A DNA stretch of 64,000 bases. It comes from Zancudomyces culisetae HAW-14-8. Its lineage: Eukaryota > Fungi > Kickxellomycota. The stretch lies in NCBI GenBank assembly GCA_052426225.1, contig JBNJNM010000008.1:806001-870000 (forward strand), read 5' to 3'. Below, piece by piece: positions 1-13,937 of the stretch. The notes beneath the pieces were generated by a model, which made no database searches, was not told where the DNA came from, and saw only the letters and a list, made by a program, of their open reading frames with translations. Numbering within the stretch: the first letter of the stretch is position 1; each line of letters starts with the position of its first letter. The position numbers and the translations under genes were made by a program.

Positions 1-1543
1 ACAAACCTAGGCCATTGTTCCCCCAAACCGATGTCAATACTTCGGTTTTTAGATGTTTTCATTTCCTTTTTTCCTTGAACTTGCCTTATTTTACAGCAAA
101 TCGTTCTGATTACTAAGTCGAATGCTCAAGCATTAAAATGGTAGCTTTTTAGTATATTATCACCACAAATATGTATAAAAAATCACCGTTGAAACAAGCC
201 GGGTAAAGAATATAGGAGTGGGAATAGAAGCATAGAACCAGTATTAATTATCGCTGCTCAGTTTTGTAATGGATCGCCATTGGTGCCTGTTACCTAATAT
301 TTGATTTATGATCTTTACGTTAAGGTATAGAGCGGTGAAAATAGTAGCACATTGTGTAACACGGCTTATCTTACATAACAGACAAATTTGCTTTTGAAAC
401 ACATTGAATGCGTCAGCATGTTACTATTTATAGTCTCCTCCTGAAATGCAAGATTTGAGATGTTGGTTAATCCTGAGAATAGAGCATGAGTTCCATTTTC
501 GTTACACTTCTCGATCGCAACAGAACGCCGTAACAAAGATACTATGACGTTATTATGTTTAGCCCTCAAAAGGAAAAATTGTTTTAAAAGTTAACCGACG
601 CCTTGTGCGCTTCACTATACAGTGGTTTACTTAGATTATTTTTTTCCAATATAGTTGTGGCTATTGCTTTTTTTTATATTACGTGTAGATACGCTGCAGA
701 GTTTTTTTTTTTATAGCTAAAACATGGTATAGAAACAATAAATGCTGAGTCTATATCGATTCAAATATTATGTCCACAATGGTCCATTTTCTTTACTTTG
801 AGAAAAATTTAGCGAGATGAACATTTTCTTTTGAAAAGTTGTGCATCCAAGTTAGCATGGATGACTCTTTGGCTATCAATGTGCTATTTTAAGGTGGATA
901 TTCGATCTAGACTATATTCCAAAAATTGTTCTAAAGTAGGTTAAATACTAGTTCAACTCGGTTACTAATACTACTACTATCTTCTGTCACAAGAATTTAG
1001 ACCACTTTGACAATAATCTGATAGCATTAAAAGACCTAAAGATAATAAATTTCTTGAAATTACAACCATCTGTTTCATAAACCCCTACTATCATCACCTG
1101 TTGTGGCAGATTTGTCGTACCGATAACTGATGCAAATCTCAGTTTTGTTTTTTTCGATGTATTTTCTTCTTCCTTTACACTTGTTAGAGCAAAGACAAAA
1201 TAGTTAACTTTTTTCTTGGTCAAATGGTCCATAGAGATGAATATATTAAATTCATACGGCTTTAACCCAAAGCGAACCCCAGAGATTGTAATGCTCACCT
1301 CTCACTTCGCACTTCTGACAAACACAGATAAAAACCCACTTTAACCAATAAATTTTTTTTATAGACATTATAGTAACAGATTTCTTGAAGGGACAGTCAT
1401 TTAAATAACGAATGCTAAACTACATGGACACATCTCCACATATATACCAAAAATATCAGATTATACAAAAAGCAAAAGCGGAAATAAAGAATTAAAAAAC
1501 CAGACCCTGATAAAGCGTGGGTCATCTGCGCTGTAAGATTAAA

Positions 1544-2789
1544 CTACACTGGAATGTTTTCGGGCTCCGTAGTAATAATTTGCTCAAGCTTCCTTGCCTG
1601 CATATAGGTTACAAACGATTTCACAATCAGAACCCATCCAACAACTATTAATAGGAAAGAAAAGTGGATATTCGCGTCCGGTGATTCAAATTCACCGCCA
1701 TTATCAGAGTTCGGTGGTTGTTTTCCTATGGGGTCAACACCACCATTTGGATCTCGAGGTGACATCGACGACGTTTGTAATACAAACCCAAAGTTCATAA
1801 GGGTTGCACCAAGCCCAGCAACTGAACCATTCTAAATGTGAGACGTATCAATTTTATAGATGCAAATCTCTTTTACATATGGTTGAGGAAATAAATAAAG
1901 AGGAGAGAAACTTTACCTTTGCAGCGTGAGAGGTGTGTAAAATAAATGTTAACATGAAACCAAAAACCTGAAACGCGTAGGAAACTAGAAACATATGTAC
2001 ATAGTCATATTTTATATAACATAAATACACAAGGTCCCTTTAGAGAATATTATAAATGAGGATTGAGTACTTACCCAAAAAATTGACCGCAAATGTCAAA
2101 AAGCTCCCTACTGGAAGACCTTCAACCAAAAGCTCGTCTGAATCACCCAAATTTACCGTGGTTTGTTCAAAGTATGATGGAGCAGAGTTTGAGGCTGGTC
2201 CATATATATCCATATAAGTCTATGTTTTGTATTTTAGATTTATTTTGTAGTCTAACTTTTCATACATTCTTTTGTGCATTTAAATACATGTTGCAGTAAT
2301 ATACCCTCCAAAAAAAAAAACAACTGCAAGTTTAAAACTCAAATCAAATGGAAACTTACCGGTAACTGTTCATCTGACTCCTTGTCTAGTATATCTAGAT
2401 AATTTTTCAGAGATGGCTTAGCGGACATGTTTGAAAAGACTCCATCATCACCAGCACCGACAGCAAAACCACCTGAGGGACCAGCCCTGGAATCTACAGG
2501 GCTGGAGATTGCATTCAATTCGATGGCATCTGAGTCGTCTATTATTTCGTCAGCTGATTGTTGCCTGTCTTCATTCTGTAATAAATTGTCGGTGTTTCTT
2601 GACTTTTCTTCTTCTGGTGTCTCCGATTCAATCTATGATTTTGTATTTGTCGTTTTTTATTTAAATCTGTTTTTCATTTACCCCTTCTTCCTCCCCCTAT
2701 TCAATCTAAAAAGACATTCTAAATGGTAAAAAAAAACACTGAATCGGCTATCCGAGGCTTACCTTTGCATATTTTACTTCGTCAGACAT
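1544..2789 (-). CDS. BSD2: Metal homeostasis protein Bsd2 / NDFIP-like Rsp5 adaptor (5 exons: 2789-2763, 2632-2360, 2219-2075, 1984-1917, 1831-1544)
   Basis: Hand-spliced at GT-AG sites: MSDEVKYAK...GDDGVFSNMSAKP...QLPTY...SAPSYFEQ...LVEGLPVGSFLTFAVNFLVSYAFQVFGFMLTFILHTSHAAKNGSVAGLG. The DGVFSN, PY-type, GLPVG and LHTSHAAK motifs are typical of Bsd2/DUF2370. Confidence 0.88.
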
Positions 2790-3360
2790 TTCAAATTCTT
2801 CTACTTTTCGAAGTTTTCTTTACTTTTTGGTATGATTATTCAAAAGCTAAAGCTTTCTTATAGTTGAAATTCACACAAATATGCGGCGTGAGATTAATAA
2901 TGAATCCTGCAAATGTATTTAAAATAATAATTGTTTATATCTGGCGTAACGCTTGTCGTGTCCGGTTTGGGGTTTATACCTGTGATTATGCCAAGAGAAC
3001 GATTGTTAATCTCAACGCTGAATTTGGCTATCTGTTCTATTAGCTAGACTTTTAAAAAACGTTTATAATTGTATTGAGCCTTTTTAAACTATTTGCCTTT
3101 TCGAATATTTTTATTCTTTGTACCAATTGTTTGCGAGAAAACGTATACACAAATGCCACTAAACTAATTATTTACTGGTTTTTTCTGGAATATGCTGACA
3201 AATAACTGCCCATTTAAGTTTTGTGCACAAATGAACACATTTGAAACATGTTTGTCAATAAAATTAAGGGGAATAACAGCGAGTCAATGAACTATTTTTG
3301 TTCGAATTTTTCAAGAACTGGGGCAAGCAAGACCAAAAAGAAAAGAAAAAGAAAAATAGC

Positions 3361-3409
3361 AAGAGAAAGAGAAAGAGAAAGAGAAAGAGAAAGAGACGAG
3401 AACGAGAAC
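3361..3409 (+). repeat. (GAGAAA)n purine microsatellite
   Basis: aagagaaagagaaagagaaagagaaagagaaagagacgagaacgagaac. Confidence 0.85.
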
Positions 3410-4507
3410 AATAACAAGAATCAAATAGAAAAGGAAAAATGTGGTGCGAATATTTTACACTCACGTTACGTAAACCACCTGAGATGCTTGGAACTTGTGC
3501 TTGCTGTTTTTGTCAGCATCAATACATTTCAATGGAAATTTACAAATGGTGCGTACTGGTTCAGAGAAACGAAAAAACACACCAATAAGAGTCACTCTTG
3601 GCTGTTGAAACAACTTGTTTAATTGATAAAACAGAAAAAAAGTGAATATCTCCCCAATGCTATCCTGAAGCAGCTGCTCAGACATCCAATGAGATTAAAT
3701 AGTAATGTTCCATTATCTATAATTGGGTAGTTTCCAGGTTTTCAAAAGCAGAAAAGCTTAAAAAGCAAAAAACCCCCCCATACTTTGTAACTATGTTTTC
3801 CTGTAGCAAAAATCGAAAATAGATCAGCTTAAAGGTGATCCATTTTCACTGCTGGTCATCGAGTTTTTTAGGCTGAGAAGCACAGAAGGGGAGGGCATGA
3901 ATTGTGTGAAATAAAGCTTGGTCTTTTTATTTCCAAATGAAAAGAACTGCATATACTAACTGTGCGCACAATCGCTCGCTTCCAGATCTCAACTTATGGC
4001 CTATCCTGTTACACTTGAATGTGAAACTGTTCCTGCCAATGTTGATACACCTTTATTCTGGATACGTATATCAAGAGATGTACAGTATATGTTTGGTGAA
4101 TAAAAATACAGTTGGGTTCCTATATGTCATTCAGTTTATTATACATACATATATTAACTTTTCACCGATTGCTCTTTTAGAGGTCTTGGATTAATATAAC
4201 AATGCGTTAGCCACGTCAGCTTGATTCAAAGCTGAAAATTAGCAGATAAAACCCCTTTCCAAATAATCTTTATTTTTCTTAAAAAGTGCAAAATTATGTT
4301 GGCTAGCACATAATAAAAAGCAAATAAGAAAAGATATTAATTATAGCCAAGCATAACAAGCTAGGTAAACATGCTCTAAGGTGTGCCCTCTTAGTAGAAA
4401 GCGTCAAATAAAAGATGAACCAGGCTAAGCCATTCACTGCTCTTACCGCGCACTTATCCTAGGATGTTTTTCTATGAATTATGTTTCAACGTTTAGTCTA
4501 CATTATT

Positions 4508-5801
4508 TTAACCCCGCTTCTAAGCTGTTAGCAAGATTGAAATATTTATGGTTTTAATATCCTTATAAAGTTACCGATGCCAAGACGTTGTATATCGTTC
4601 TTCGGGAGTACTTTGAATACAAGGCAAGCTAAAAATGTACAAAGCGCAGTGAAATAACATGTAGAACTAAAGTGTAATGGGGTATCACCAGCCAGCAATG
4701 TGTGAGTAAAAAGAAAAAAACTTACTTTTTCCATCATGCTGTCGCATTCAAACATTTTTTCAACGTTTGTGTTTAAGAGGTTCATTGTTATACTATGATC
4801 CAAAGAGCGATCCTTAGTCATATACAATTCTATTCATATAATTTCAACTGCACTCCTTAATCATACACGCATCAATAGCTACAATTACTAGTACCATAAT
4901 ATATACACTTATATGAATCGCTAATAGTTGCAAGTATAAATTTTACCACAAGAGCTGTAAACGCTCATCAACATTGCTCTTTTGAAATACCAGTCCATCT
5001 ACATTTTGAAGAAATCCATCAGGTACTCGTAAAAAAAAAATAGATGCGCTTTTAATTGCTATGAATGAGGAAATAGAACTTGTAATCGTGTATTATATCT
5101 TACATTGAAGCTTTTGTCTCCAGAAAGGTGCCATATTTTGTTAGAGAGGTCAGATAGCGAAGATAGGGCTACAGGCATATTTTCTGGGCGCATGAGGATT
5201 GCGACGGCCTAAATGGAATAAAAATATACAAATAGGCAAACAGTCACTCCAGAATAGTTTTTTACGTACATACTATAAGTCTGTTAGTATAATATTTCAT
5301 TTTTGGTTTACCTCTTGCCATTTATTAACATATGGAGTGGTCTGTTTAATTCTAAAAGTGCTTAGGTATTTAACACGTTCTTTAATATCATGGTTCTCTA
5401 AAAATTCAGGTGTAGAGGCAGCAGAATCCAGAGATGCTAATGACTTGTCGAAAAAATGCTTTATTAGCCCCATACCGCCATTTTCAGAAACCTTGTGCGA
5501 CATTAGTGATAGGCCAAGCTCTTCACATGCCAATGCCACTGATGTTTGTGTCCATCCTGTAGTCGGTACTTTTGTAAGTGCGAGGTCGAGGATCTGATCC
5601 ACTTTGAGATTCGAATCGCTGTAGTTTCTACTTTCAGATTATCAGCTTTATCAACCCATTTCAAAGAAAATTAATAGGATTTAAATTCCTCTGTTTAAGT
5701 CTAAAAAATACATACCTCCTGGACAATGGAATACCGCCGATTCTCGATAAAATGAGTCCGCTGGTGTAAACCCTGTTCAAATTAGAAGTTCTTAGACTCA
5801 T
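4508..5801 (-). CDS. COQ9: Ubiquinone biosynthesis protein COQ9, mitochondrial (multi-exon; last exon uncertain, alternative stop at about 4563)
   Basis: N-terminal R/S/L-rich targeting-like peptide (MSLRTSNLNRV...), then ILDLALTKVPTTGWT...LGLS, KIWHLSGDKSFN|MDWYFKRAMLMSVYSSC|ELYMTKDRS. These match the COQ9/rpsU-divergent family motifs IW..GD.S.D..WY.KR and ELxMxxD.S. Confidence 0.85.
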
Positions 5802-6212
5802 TTTAGTGTAATTATTGTGAGGTTTTATCAGCTCGAGTTTATTTTTTTTTGGTATGAAAAAAGATTAAATATGGATCTATTTTCTACATCAACACTGGTG
5901 TCATTTTGTAAATCAGGACATGTTTATTTTTTTTTTTTGCATATTTTATTTATTGGAGTTAACTGTAACCTGGACTGAAATCGTACCATTATTCATGACC
6001 AAACCAGTAAACACCTAAATTAAAACATACATACATTTCTCCTGATGCAAGAAAAAACGACTTTATAAGAAAAGAAAGCACAACACAAAAAAAAGACTAG
6101 ATAAAGATTAAACAAAATAAAGCATAAAACTACTCGTAACAAAGTCCCACACTTTCCGGCCTCAGCGTAGTAGTCATAAATGAAAGTGGTTTTCCGGAAA
6201 TCCTACAGAACA

Positions 6213-7508
6213 TCAGTTTATGTATTGTTTAACTTTTTGTAATTTTACTCTAGCGGCTTCAAAAGTTTCATCAGTCTTACAAAAGGCAAGCCTCAAGTAA
6301 TTTTCTGACAGATGCCTATTTTCTTTAGCATAAAAGTATGTGCTTGGTATACTACCAATTCCTATTTCTGTGGCAAAAAAGTAGGCCAACATGAAGCAGC
6401 GACCATTATCCCTAAAAAATTGAGGGATTTCAAAGTCGTCTGGAATTTTAACCTTTCCTACGTTTAACAGTAAAAAGTACGAGCCCTGTGGAATAATATA
6501 TGGCAATCCCACAGAATCGAGGATATCCATAAGCTTTTTACGGCACGATACATATTTTTTTCTCTGGTCTTCGTAAAATGTAGATGTTTCGGCATACTCC
6601 AAAGCTAAACCAGCTGCCTCCATAAGTGGGGTTGGTGATGTGAAGACTACTTGAACGTGAGAATGAATTGCTGCGGAGATTAAATGTTCTGGACCGACCA
6701 ACCAGCCAATTCGCCAGCCAGTGACGCCAAACAGTTTTCCTAATGCGCCTGCAACCACGGTCCTTTCCCACATTCCGGGAATTGTTGAAATGGACCTGTG
6801 CTCGGTTCCATCATAATACAAGCTGAAATATACCTCATCACTGATAACCAGGAGATCGTGTTTGATGGCAATTGCAGCGATACCCTCCAGCTCTTCCTGT
6901 GTCAATACCTTTCCAGTTGGGTTGTGTGGTGTAGTGATAATCAAAAGTCTTGTTCTCTCGGTAATTGCTGCCTCCAGTTCATCCAGATCCAACTTGAACT
7001 CGCTCGCTGGAAATGAATTGTTTTCGGGGTCCAAATCAGGATTAAGTTTCATTGAAACTCGCTTTGATGTTCCTCCAATCATGAATATGTTGGCGTGGTA
7101 TTGGTCAAATGCTGGATCGATGAGTATTACTTCATTTCTATATTCCTTTTCAATAAATCCGGCTATAGCATCGAAAATAGCCTCGTTTCCACCTGAAGCT
7201 GTCATTATCTCTGTATTTGGATTTATTTCCCTCCCAAGCAGCTTGGAGTATCTAACAGCTAGTGCGTCTAACATGCGCTTACAGCCACGGACAGGCGCAT
7301 ACTGTTGACATTTTTCGTCTAGTATGCATTTTGCTCCTGCCTCCATGACAAACTTTTCTGGTGCAAAGTTCATGAATCCCTGCCCCAAATTAACAGCACC
7401 CGACTTTGCTATAGCACTATTCATCATTGTCCACATATCAACCTCTTGCTTTGAGTAAATTGCAGCAGGCATTGGTAGGCCTTGCTTTTTTTCGCTCGAG
7501 CTCGTCAT
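6213..7508 (-). CDS. BNA3: Kynurenine-oxoglutarate / glutamine transaminase (class I PLP aminotransferase)
   Basis: Intronless 431 aa; VNLGQGF, TPHNPTGKV, ISDEVY, GKLFGVTGWRIGW (PLP lysine), PQGSYF, YLRLAFCK. Confidence 0.92.
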   Translation of the reverse strand: MTSSSEKKQGLPMPAAIYSKQEVDMWTMMNSAIAKSGAVNLGQGFMNFAPEKFVMEAGAKCILDEKCQQYAPVRGCKRMLDALAVRYSKLLGREINPNTEIMTASGGNEAIFDAIAGFIEKEYRNEVILIDPAFDQYHANIFMIGGTSKRVSMKLNPDLDPENNSFPASEFKLDLDELEAAITERTRLLIITTPHNPTGKVLTQEELEGIAAIAIKHDLLVISDEVYFSLYYDGTEHRSISTIPGMWERTVVAGALGKLFGVTGWRIGWLVGPEHLISAAIHSHVQVVFTSPTPLMEAAGLALEYAETSTFYEDQRKKYVSCRKKLMDILDSVGLPYIIPQGSYFLLLNVGKVKIPDDFEIPQFFRDNGRCFMLAYFFATEIGIGSIPSTYFYAKENRHLSENYLRLAFCKTDETFEAARVKLQKVKQYIN

Positions 7509-8300
7509 TTTCCTATTGCTAGTTCAAAAATAAAACTCTTTTCCGTGGTGTATTTTGGTCTGAACTTTGATGTGTTTCCTGGTAAATTTTATCACTGGAT
7601 ATGAGAATTGAAAGGAGGTTCCTATATTGGGTAAATGAAACACGTTAAATACTTTTGCTCTATACAACTTTTTGCGGGCACAAAGTTAACAGGTCACCAA
7701 AGTTTCATAACCTATTTTCACATTAAAATAATCATTTTACTCACTTTGACTAATTATCGCTTTTTTTAAAATAAAAAAACAAAACAAAACAAAAACAAAA
7801 AAGCATGCATCTAGGTCAAAAAAATTCAAAATGATACTTTAAGCCTAGAAAAGGGAGGTTTACCTTTTCATATGTGATTCCGTCGATTCTGAATTTTTTT
7901 TTCTACGAGCATTTCTTGCGTAAATAGTCACAGTTGGGTGCTGAAACACAATAGATATTGAAACACCAGCCAGATACGCATAAACTAACTTCCCCATACA
8001 CTACAGAAATGCGTAAATTTGTGGTACCTACTAACAACCTGTCCAGTGGATTTTTACAAAGATGTCATTCTTTTTTGCTAGATCATAATGTCATTGTATT
8101 TAAAATAGCCACTAATATTCGAGAAATCAAAAGCGATACTATAAAAATTAAACAAATCATATCAATCGTGATTTTTTTATCAAAAGGGTTTTCCCTTCCT
8201 AAAACGAACTATGTATCTAGTTCATCACTAAACACTAGACGAACTTCACATTAGTATTTGAAACATACGAAGTTCGGCAAATCGTAATGCAGGCTAAAGG

Positions 8301-8339
8301 ATGAGCAATATGAGCAATATGAGCAAGAACAAGAGCAAG
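8301..8339 (+). repeat. 9-bp tandem repeat (ATGAGCAAT)n, degenerating
   Basis: atgagcaat atgagcaat atgagcaag aacaagagcaag. Confidence 0.7.
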
Positions 8340-9183
8340 ATTAAGCTCAAAGTAGATGAACCTAAGGAGTGCAGCAACTTAACATCGCATTATTCCGTTT
8401 TTTTTATCAATTTTGACTGACCATTTGCATCTTTTTTTAAAACTCCAAAAATATATATATATACATAAGCATATGCATAATTTTGTGTTTCAGATCCCAT
8501 CCTGAACCGGAAATCTAAGCTACTGTTCCCAAGATACTGAATAATAATCTAATTTGCATCTATCTAGTAAAAAGAATTGGAAATTAATATCGTCATCTAT
8601 GAATTACATGAAATACAATGAGTTATTTACAACAACCATATTCGCCTGAGTTTTAATATTCACAATATATAAAGAAAAGCTTGTGTATTATTCAAAGTTG
8701 AGCCAGGATATTTTTTGTAGATTTTTTATTCCATCAATTTTTATTGTGTTCTTGATCAAAATAGCCTGATGACTACTCATGTGTACAACATTCGTATAAA
8801 ACGTTCAAAGTTATGGATGCGATTGTGTATCTGGAGTTCCTTGAGAGGTAGAGAGCTTTTGACTAGATATTTATTATTTAATTTTTTTTTATTTTTAATG
8901 TTTTATGAGACGTTTGATTAAAAGTTCATCAGAAAAACAAAGCGGTATGCAAAATGTATAGAAATGTTCTAGGTGCCAAAGTCAGTTGAGCAAAGGACGC
9001 TGAGTTCTTTAAATAATATATTTCTTTTGTATCAACACGGAGTAGGTTAAACCACATTTCCCGATATATTAAAGGCAAAGCAATATTAAACCTAAAAGTT
9101 GTATCTTTGCAAAAGTCTAAAAAAAATATATGAAAATATTAGCACAAATATAGCATGAGATAGCCCCTTGTAACATCGTGAAA

Positions 9184-9196
9184 GGGGGGGGGGGGG
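9184..9196 (+). repeat. G13 homopolymer
   Basis: Run of 13 G just downstream of the C2H2 gene stop. Confidence 0.85.
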
Positions 9197-9319
9197 TGAA
9201 ACAGTGGTAATTTCATCAGTGAATTGTTATAACAACATATCTTGTTCGAGTATTATGATTCTCATTATCAAAATAACCATACTAATAAATTTTTTCGAGT
9301 GTCGAGTCCTGGGTTTTAG

Positions 9320-10536
9320 TTACAAGCATTCTTTTCTTTTTTCTTTTTTTTTTCTATGCTTATAATCGTATACACGATCTGATAGGGGTGAGCTATACGG
9401 TTCACAACTGTAGCTAGGAGAATCGGACGTCATCTCGCAAAAGAAATGTGGCTCGTTATTGTTGCTGATATCAGTGGGATCTGCTTCTGTTTTATTGCTA
9501 ACAGATCTTGTTTGATAATGTGTTTTTTTTTCTGATTTATTACATTGGGGCTGAGATAAAGAGATATGTATAGGCTTTAACCTTGCCATCGAGAAGCATG
9601 GGGATAAATCAAACGACTTTTGTACCTCTTCCTCAGTATACGCCAACTCACAGTCAAAGAATTGTGCTTTTCGCGACTCAGTACCGCTTTTAATAGTGTA
9701 TTTTTTGGTTTTCCTTCTATTTGGTCTAGTATTTAAGTTTATTATCGCACCTGCACCGCAGATTTTTCCATTCTTTTTATGTGTTTTTGTGTGCTGAATC
9801 ATATTATCAAACCTACTAAAGCTCTCTCCACATTCAGGATAAACACACCCATATGGTTTCTATTTATATCAATTGAAGCTATTTAGATACATCAGGATTG
9901 TATACATATTTCCACGTTACTTACCTCACCTGTGTGCATTCTAATTGAAAATAGCCGATTTCAATTTAGCATATTTAGAAAATGTATATATTACATGTAA
10001 TAAATAAATAAAAGGGTACACGATATCCAATTGTGATACATCAAACAAAACTAATAGTTACAGTTATCCTTTAATTTAAAACAGAAACAAAAAAAAACAA
10101 ACAAAACAAATACAAATTTAGTCAATAATTCCTACCTGAGATGTCTGTGTAAATGTTCTGATCTTTTAAATCCGCTCAGACATCCAGCTATTTTACAAAA
10201 GTACTTATTTCCAGAAGAACTCTCGGACTTGGTTAGTTTACGATGATCCTGAGCTTTGAGGTAAGACCAAGTGCTGTTTTCTTCTATGTAACCACTACCC
10301 CTGGATTGCTCAAAATAATCATTGTCATCGTACTTGTTTTTATATTTAAAGTGGAGGCTTTGGTGGTCCCATAAATCCAGATCAAAATGTCTATTAATTG
10401 AAATGGTAGATATTTTTTCTATATTTCCAGTATCATCAGAGTAATTATCCGCAACTGTATAATTGTTCTTGGTTTTGTCAATATTATTGAGTAGAGAGTA
10501 CACTTCAACATTCAGCATGCTTTGTAAATCCATCAT
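9320..10536 (-). CDS. Two-finger C2H2 zinc-finger transcription factor, Usv1/Rgm1-like (exons 10536-10136, 9940-9925, 9859-9320)
   Basis: Spliced: YFCKIAGCLSGFKRSEHLHRHLR|MHTGE|KPYGCVYPECGESFSRFDNMIQHTKTH. Two canonical fingers with a TGEKP linker; recognition helices RSEHL and RFDNM. Confidence 0.85.
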
Positions 10537-11704
10537 GCCGTAGTTACTACATCAGATATCCTGGAAGACCTACTGTAATTTTTAGTATTTGTGTGAGAGC
10601 CTATAAATTATTCCAGGTATCCACCAACTCTTACAAAAATGTTAGTATTTATAAACTTTTTCTTTTTTTCCTGATATTACTCTACAGAATGCTCTTTTTT
10701 GTGTATTTGTCACAGGAATAGTGAGAATGTATTGTCACCTTATACTAACTGTTCAAATAGGTGCCGTTGACGTAACCGGTAATTGAAATCATTATAACTT
10801 TGAGAACAAAAAAAAAACCTAAAAGCTGTTGAATTTTGCTACAAAAAAAAATTCTTAAAAACATCAAGGGGGAGATAAGTTGATACATATTTTTCCGTCT
10901 CTTTAAACACTTATGCTAAATGGGTCCTGGTGGCCCAATTTCTTTGATACTTATTGTGAAAGAACACCCGGACATTAAAGCCAAGGGGCTATTCTAAATA
11001 TTTATTGCAAAAAATCAATACGATTAATTACTTTGCAACCCAGGATTTTTCCCTATTGTTATTTCAGGTAATAAATAGAAAATTCTTGATAAAAACTAAA
11101 ATGCTGAAAGGTATGTTGAATTATAAATTCTCGAAGATTGTGCAATACACATTAGTATGGAATATCAAGTGCGTAAAATCAAACTATTCCACAACGCCGA
11201 TTGGCTAAAACTTCTGGACCTAAAGGTGCAGACCAAGGAAATGCAGCTAGTCATTTCTGGTTTATTCTATTTCCTATTGCTATTGGGGGCCTAGTGTATC
11301 GCAAGTACATAATTCGAGTACTCATTATTCCCAGTATTTCATATTCAACCATAAAAATATATTACGGTTGTGCCATTTATCCGTTTTTATTTTATTTCTC
11401 ACATAGCTGCTGAGTATCCCAAAGAAAAAAAGGGCCGTAATAAAAAAATATGGGATAAGCTCAGGCAAACAATGAATAGTCATCAAGCTTTCTTCTGTAA
11501 CGGCACCCATACGTACCTGTCGGCAAGTTTTTACTTGCTAAGATTTTTTGATATATAATCAAGTCATGTTATTTCATAAAGCTGTCCTCAAAATACTACA
11601 CTCCTTCAGCAGTAATATTTGTTTAAAAAAGCTAAACATAATACACAATAAACCTCAGTTTATATTGTTATAACTAAATTTATTTACTTTTTTTTTGTCG
11701 TATG

Positions 11705-11786
11705 GTCGGTGTGTCCGAGTGGTTAAGGAGACAGACTAGAAATCTGTTGGGCTCTGCCCGCACAGGTTCAAATCCTGTCGCCGACG
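11705..11786 (+). tRNA. tRNA-Ser (AGA)
   Basis: 82 nt; acceptor GTCGGTG/CGCCGAC, D arm TCCGAGTGGTTAAGGA, anticodon arm ACAGA-CT-AGA-AA-TCTGT, long variable arm GGGC-TCT-GCCC, T loop GGTTCAAATCC, followed by T runs. Confidence 0.97.
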
Positions 11787-13937
11787 GTTTATTTTTTTCA
11801 ACCATTAAACTGGTGTGTGATTATGATTGGAACCAGGAGTTTATAGTAGATACTTTTTTGCTGTTCTTTTACATTTGGTTTTTTTGGTTTAATCTGCACT
11901 GTAGATGGTTTTTATATTAAAGCATTTTTGTATTTTGCTTTCGAAAAACATGATTCCATTGATCTAGATTGGTGCGGGCTATATGAAAAACGCCTATTTC
12001 AGATGTAATTTGAGTAACTATCGATTTAACGTGTGATTTTGATATATTCTTATGTAATCAATGTTACTATTAAATTAAAAAAAATTATGCCCAAAATTAA
12101 TTGGTTGTTGATTCATCCAAAAAAAAAAACTCTTTTATAGAAAAGCTAACTAATTATCTATTTTGGGCAAACGCGAAAAGATCTAACTGTTCAAAATCGG
12201 CGTTTTAAGTGTTTAACCAATCCTACCCTCATTATTCTTGTTTTTCGTATATACCGCTTTTCTTTTTTTTCTCTTCTCACCTCTTTATAAGGTGATTGGT
12301 ATGATAGAGCATAGTTAAACCTATTTGATACTAATACATCTTCCTCAAGCAAAGAAGCTAAACATTGGAGGATGAGGTTCTTAAAAAATACTTACAATAC
12401 CCATTTAGGTTTTATTCACAATTTAAAAAGGAGTGTAATATCGACTAAAGCTGTGCTAATTTGGTGTGAAGGATATATGAACTAGTTTTGTTTATATTTT
12501 TAAATATCTAAAGTCAACTTTAAACAAATTCCAGTTATAACACGTGGTACCATTTTGTGTAAATAACTTCAAGCGATGAAGTTATTGTTACTACCATTTA
12601 TTAACACATTCATGCTACAAATGTCAATTATAAAAGGATAAAGAAATAAAACACGTGGTTGTTCTGATGCTAGTCATTAATACCTGTTTCTGAATTCAAG
12701 AAGCAGAACAAAAATAAATTGGTTAGATGAATCGCCACTGCTCCATAGGGATGAAATACACAAGTGAGCGATTCTCCCTGAAAATAACCAAAAGCATGAT
12801 TATACACCCACTTAGTATTATATATTCATATTGTAAATATATATACTTCGGAATTTACATCTACTTTTTTTTTAGTTAAACAGGAAAATGAAGAGAATTT
12901 ATCATACACACACTGACACCAACAAAGTAAAGCCTAAGATGGTAAGAGTAATTCTCAAACAAATATAAATAAAAGCAGAACCTGGTTCCTGTTAAATTTC
13001 TGATGCGTGCTGTATTCATAATCTACCAGTATTTCTCCTTTTCAACTTGAAGATCCGTTTAGAGAAGACATACTATAATTGGATAAGCAAAAAAAAAGTA
13101 ATACTATTAATGGTCAGATATGCTCAAAGTATACTTATCAAGGCTATTATGCCTTTTTACATAACTCCTTTTATGAGACAGGTAGTGTATTGCGTAAACC
13201 ATGTTGATTCTTACATCGTGTTTGAGGAGCGCCACTTGAAACCCGCTGCGTAACGTGTTTTGATTTTATGTTTACAAATTCTCTCGATTGAATATTGCCT
13301 AGCTTCATTTGACCTGGAAAGTTGAAAATTGCAGATAGGGAATTGCTATCCCTAGTGAAATGGTATTATTTACAAAATCAATGCTCCCAATAAATACCTA
13401 ATACACGGCAAATAATATTTTTTTCGAAATTGAATGTGGCGCAAAGGACTTGTCAAATGGAGGTTTGTATGCTGAGGAAGGGCCTTAAGGCAGTTGTGTT
13501 TCCTATATATGCGAGTTTGGTAATTTTCGACACTTTTTTTTTTGGGCCTGTGAAATTAGCTCAAAGAAAACCAATTATGCATCCTTGATAAAAAAAATGC
13601 GCTAACTGTAAATGTCATGCAATTGTGCTTTGATTAAATCATAAAGCGAGAAACCCTGTGATTTATTCGAGTGTGTCCAGTTCCAATTTAATAGTCGTAA
13701 TTGGTGAAATTAAACGCAAAAAATATCAACCAGCAAATATGCAAAAAAAAAACAAAAAAAAACGAATTAACCGAAATGCTACAGTGTGGATAACGTAAAC
13801 TTCCCCCAATTGGAAACTAGTATAATCATGGAGCAGCCTCGTAGGAAGTGGTAAAACGCTTATTTTTATTATATATTTTTTTGTTAAATAACAAGAAAAA
13901 TACTCTTAAAGAAGGATAAAAACAAAATTGACTCGAA

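Noticed and set aside
3248-3685. ORFs of 66-124 aa with ERERER or FLFLFL tracts
   Set aside because: Products of the GAGAAA microsatellite; no recognisable domain.
11201-11558. Short ORFs with exon-like boundaries before tRNA-Ser
   Set aside because: I could not assemble a coherent or recognisable protein.
12285-12480. Splice-like signals (AAG|GTGATT, TACTAAT...AAG) suggesting a spliced transcript
   Set aside because: Donors are weak, there is no ORF, and such motifs arise easily in AT-rich DNA.
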